NCBI GenBank assembly: GCA_038087875.1
Contig: CM075989.1
Coordinates: 6,138,001-6,202,000, forward strand
From: Malacoraja senta
Taxonomy: Eukaryota
Length of the DNA: 64,000 nt
Reading direction: 5' to 3'
Notes under the pieces: generated by a model
Databases searched by the model: none
What the model was told of the DNA's origin: nothing
What the model saw: the letters and a program-made list of their open reading frames with translations, nothing else
Position numbers and translations under genes: made by a program
In this document: positions 60,631 to 64,000 of the stretch, piece after piece
Layout of the letters: every line of letters starts with the position of its first letter
How positions within the stretch are numbered: the first letter of the stretch is position 1

Positions 60631-62532
60631 TGAGTGTGAATCACTCTGTGGGACATTAGTGAGAAATACGCTGGCAAACTGGTTTTGATGTTTGTTAACC
60701 CCTGTGTGGCCGGAAGAGATGGGACCTTAATCAAGGAGGAGGAGCCATCTTGGGGAACAGCTGCTAATCAGCAGCCGTCCGTTTAATTCACTTTTTTTTT
60801 GTAGTTTTAGTGAGTCTGCGTTTTGTCTGCAGGAGTAATTCGACTTTTCAATGTTGAGCGAAGGGGGTAACTATATTTCTAGGTCCCTACCTGGTCGGTG
60901 AGGCAGCTTTTTCTCTGGGCTGCCCCGTCGACCCGTCCTCGTGGCCTACCAGCGGGCGTGGAACGCCGTTTCCTGGCGGGGACCGCCCAGCACCTCGGCT
61001 TCGGTGGCGGCACAGCGCTGGAGCGCTATCGCGGAGCGGAGCGGGCGATGCCTTGCCTGGGTCGCCGCGCTGGATCGACGCGCTGGAGCTCCGGTGAGCT
61101 GTGACCGGCGAGCTCAACACCTCCGGGCTGCGGGTCTGCGGAGAGGATCGGGCGGCGCCGACATTAACATCGGGAGCCTGGGAGCTCCAACCGGCGCGGC
61201 CTTGTCGGCTTCGGAAGCTGCGGCCTCCGGTAAGGAATGCGGCCGTTCCAGGTGGCCCAGCCGCTGAGAGGACTCTCCCGACGCCGGGACAACAGCACCC
61301 GGTGAGAACGGCCAAGAACACCGGGCCTCAATAGCGGAGGCCTCAATAGGCCTGACTTTGGGAGAACTGGGGATGGGGACTGGACATTGTGCCTTCCCCC
61401 ACAGTGGTAACCATTGTGGGGGGATGATTTTTGTGTGTTGTGTCTATTTTAGTTTGTGTCCAAGATGGCGGTCGGAGGGGAGAGTGGACGCTGGCGCGGT
61501 TTAGCTGCCGCTGCTCTCTCTTCACATTGTGTTTCTGTTTTTCTTTTTTGTGTCTTTGGATTGAATTCTGTCTTTAATTTGTGTATTGGTGATGTGTTTA
61601 TAACTTATTTTACTCCGATTATATGTTTCTTTGTTAAATTCTGTAAGGTGTCCTTGAGACTTTTGTATAGGCGCCCACAAATACAATTTATTATTATTAT
61701 TATTATTAATCATCAGGGAAGGGTAAATCCATATACCCATCACCCAGAGAGTTGTGAAACTGTGGAATTCTCCGCCAAAGAAGGCAGTGGAGGCCAATTC
61801 AATGGATGTATTCAAGAGAGAGTTAGATTTAGCTCTTAGGGCTAACGGAATCAAGGGATATGGGGAAAATACTGATTTTTGATGATCAGCCATGATCATA
61901 TTGAATGGCCGTGCTGGCTCGAAGGGCCAAACAGCCAACTCCTGCACCTATATGCTATATTTCTATGTTCCTATGTCCAACACACAGTTCCATCAGATTC
62001 TGAAGGGGATTTAGTCAGTCTTCTCCCAGGTCATGATTGCCCAAGTTAAGGACACTCCACAGATGGGGATGAGTGTTTGGGGGACGGATGTTCTGGCTAC
62101 ATTGGGGCTGCGGGCATCATCGACGTTGTCTATACGGAACTTGCACGTTCTCCTAGTGAGGGCGTGGGTCTCTGGTGAAGAGTAGAGGGTTCAGTGGAAA
62201 TTCTATACTGGAGCTTATTCCTGTTCTGAAAGTTTTAAACCTGAGATTAATTGGCCTTTACTGACCCCAACATCCAAGACAAAGCTCACTCAGGTTATTG
62301 GGGTAGATGCTGGTCTAGGATCCAGTAACTTGTAAGAATCAGCTATCGCAGGAAATAAACTGCTTAAGATCAAATGATAGAAGACTCCCTCTATTAATGG
62401 CTCAGAATGGCTCTGTGGCCATGCATCAGCTGTGCTGGCAGATACTATTCTAACTGTTGGCTCAATCTCTGAACTCGTCCATCTCCCCGAGTTACAACAC
62501 AGCTTGGCTTGAGTTTACTGACCCAGCTGATG

Positions 62533-62539
62533 GAGAAGA

Positions 62540-62571
<32 letters not shown>

Positions 62572-62879
62572 GAGAGAGGGAGAGAGGGAGAGAGGGAGAG
62601 AGAGAGAGGGAGACAGGGAGAGGAGGAGAGAGGGAGAGTGGGAGAGAGGGAGAGAGGGAGAGAGGGAGAGAGGGAGAGAGGGAGAGGGAGACAGTGAGAG
62701 GGAGAGAGGGAGAGGGAGAGAGAGAGAGAGGGAGAGAGGGAGAGAGGGAGAGAGGGAGAGAGGGAGAGAGGGAGAGAGAGAGGGAGACAGGGAGGGGAGA
62801 GAGGGAGAGGGGGAGAGAGGGAGAGAGTGAGAGAGGGAGAGAGAGGGAGAGAGGGAGAGGAGGGAGAGGAGAGAGGGAG

Positions 62880-62924
<45 letters not shown>

Positions 62925-62929
62925 GGAGA

Positions 62930-63023
<94 letters not shown>

Positions 63024-63037
63024 GAGATAGAGAGGGA
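62533..63037. repeat. (GA)n/(GGGAGAGA)n polypurine tract, ~500 bp
   Basis: Seen directly; source of the ER and SL repeat ORFs. Confidence 0.98.
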
Positions 63038-64000
63038 ACACGCGGTGTCCACGGCGACTCTGGAGGCCTTCCGTGGGCGCTGGTCACTGCGTGGGGTTGA
63101 GAGTATAGTAAATAATGAATGCATTGTTGTACTCTAGTGATTATTTGTTATATTGCAATTTCTGATTATGTTTTGATGTGATGTATCATATGATTGTGTT
63201 GAATAAAGTTTTTGAAAGGTAAAAAAAAACAGAAAGAGAGAGAGAGAGAGAGAGAGAGAACGAACACCGGTTGGTGTTTATAGAGTACTATGTTTACATA
63301 TTTGTTGTGCTGCTGTAAGAAATAATTTTCATTGTTCTGTTTTGGGACATCTATCTAGTAACTATTAAAACTCTGATCTTGAAAAAAAAGAGCGAGAGAG
63401 AGAGAGAGAGAGAGGTGGGAGGAGGAGTAGGAACAAGACAGGTTCTAAGCTGGTTTCTATTCCTGGGCCTAGAAACATTATTGGAAGTATGGTTGAGGAG
63501 AGAGGGGCAGAAAATTGGCAGAATTCTCTCCCCCGGACTCTGCTCACGATGTTTCTGAAACCGTACATTCTACATTTTGTAAATGACACAGCCACCAATG
63601 TCAATATCAATTAGAAGTTTTGTGTGTTCAAGTGTGTGTGTGACTCGGATGCATTTCACAGACAAATAACCTTCTTCTATTTTTACATAGGCTTCAAATA
63701 AAGGAAGACCACTAGAACAAAGATCCCTTAGCACCGCAACACATTCAGAGTTTGAAGAAGGGTCTTGACCCAAAACGTCACCTATTCCTTTTATCCAGTG
63801 ATACAGCCTGACCCGCTGAGTTACTTCTGCATTCTGTGTTTATTTGTTCTCAAGTCAAGTCAAGTCAATTTTATTTCTATAGCACATTTAAAAACAACTC
63901 TCGTTGACCAAAGTGCTTTACATCAGTGCAGGTACTAACATGCTACATACAGTGGTACATAGATCTAACAATATATACATCAATACATACATACAGCACT

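Noticed and set aside
62445..63137. ER and SL repeat ORFs
   Set aside because: (GA)n tract artefacts

Overview
Repeat-saturated, apparently non-coding (intronic or intergenic) vertebrate DNA. The repeat set (HE1-type V-SINEs, Deu-domain SINEs, CR1, Neptune-type Penelope-like elements) points to a cartilaginous fish, probably a skate or ray; this is inference. I found no recognisable host exon. The ORFs I could assign are decayed retroelement pieces (Penelope RT and GIY-YIG, Tx1/L1 zf-RVT, CR1, Rex1/Babar, a Vingi-like CCHC); the rest look like low-complexity or antisense artefacts. Five signals stand out. (1) A minimal hammerhead-ribozyme core (CTGAnGA-A-stem II-GAAAC-GTH) sits in the 3' terminal repeat of the Penelope-like elements (PLEs). 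(2) The same core is amplified in many short non-autonomous copies, many folded back into ~190-250 bp palindromes and several with 10-20 bp target duplications. (3) At least four PIF/Harbinger-type MITE families share one terminus, TNA target-site duplications (TSDs) and an internal AT-rich palindrome, including a three-level nest. (4) Short inserts appear to be copied from nearby DNA, one of them a perfect 85-bp inverted copy. (5) A few repeat-free islands carry clustered Sox, POU or homeobox motifs and may be enhancers. Family names come from recalled consensus features, not database searches, and boundaries are approximate unless a TSD is given.
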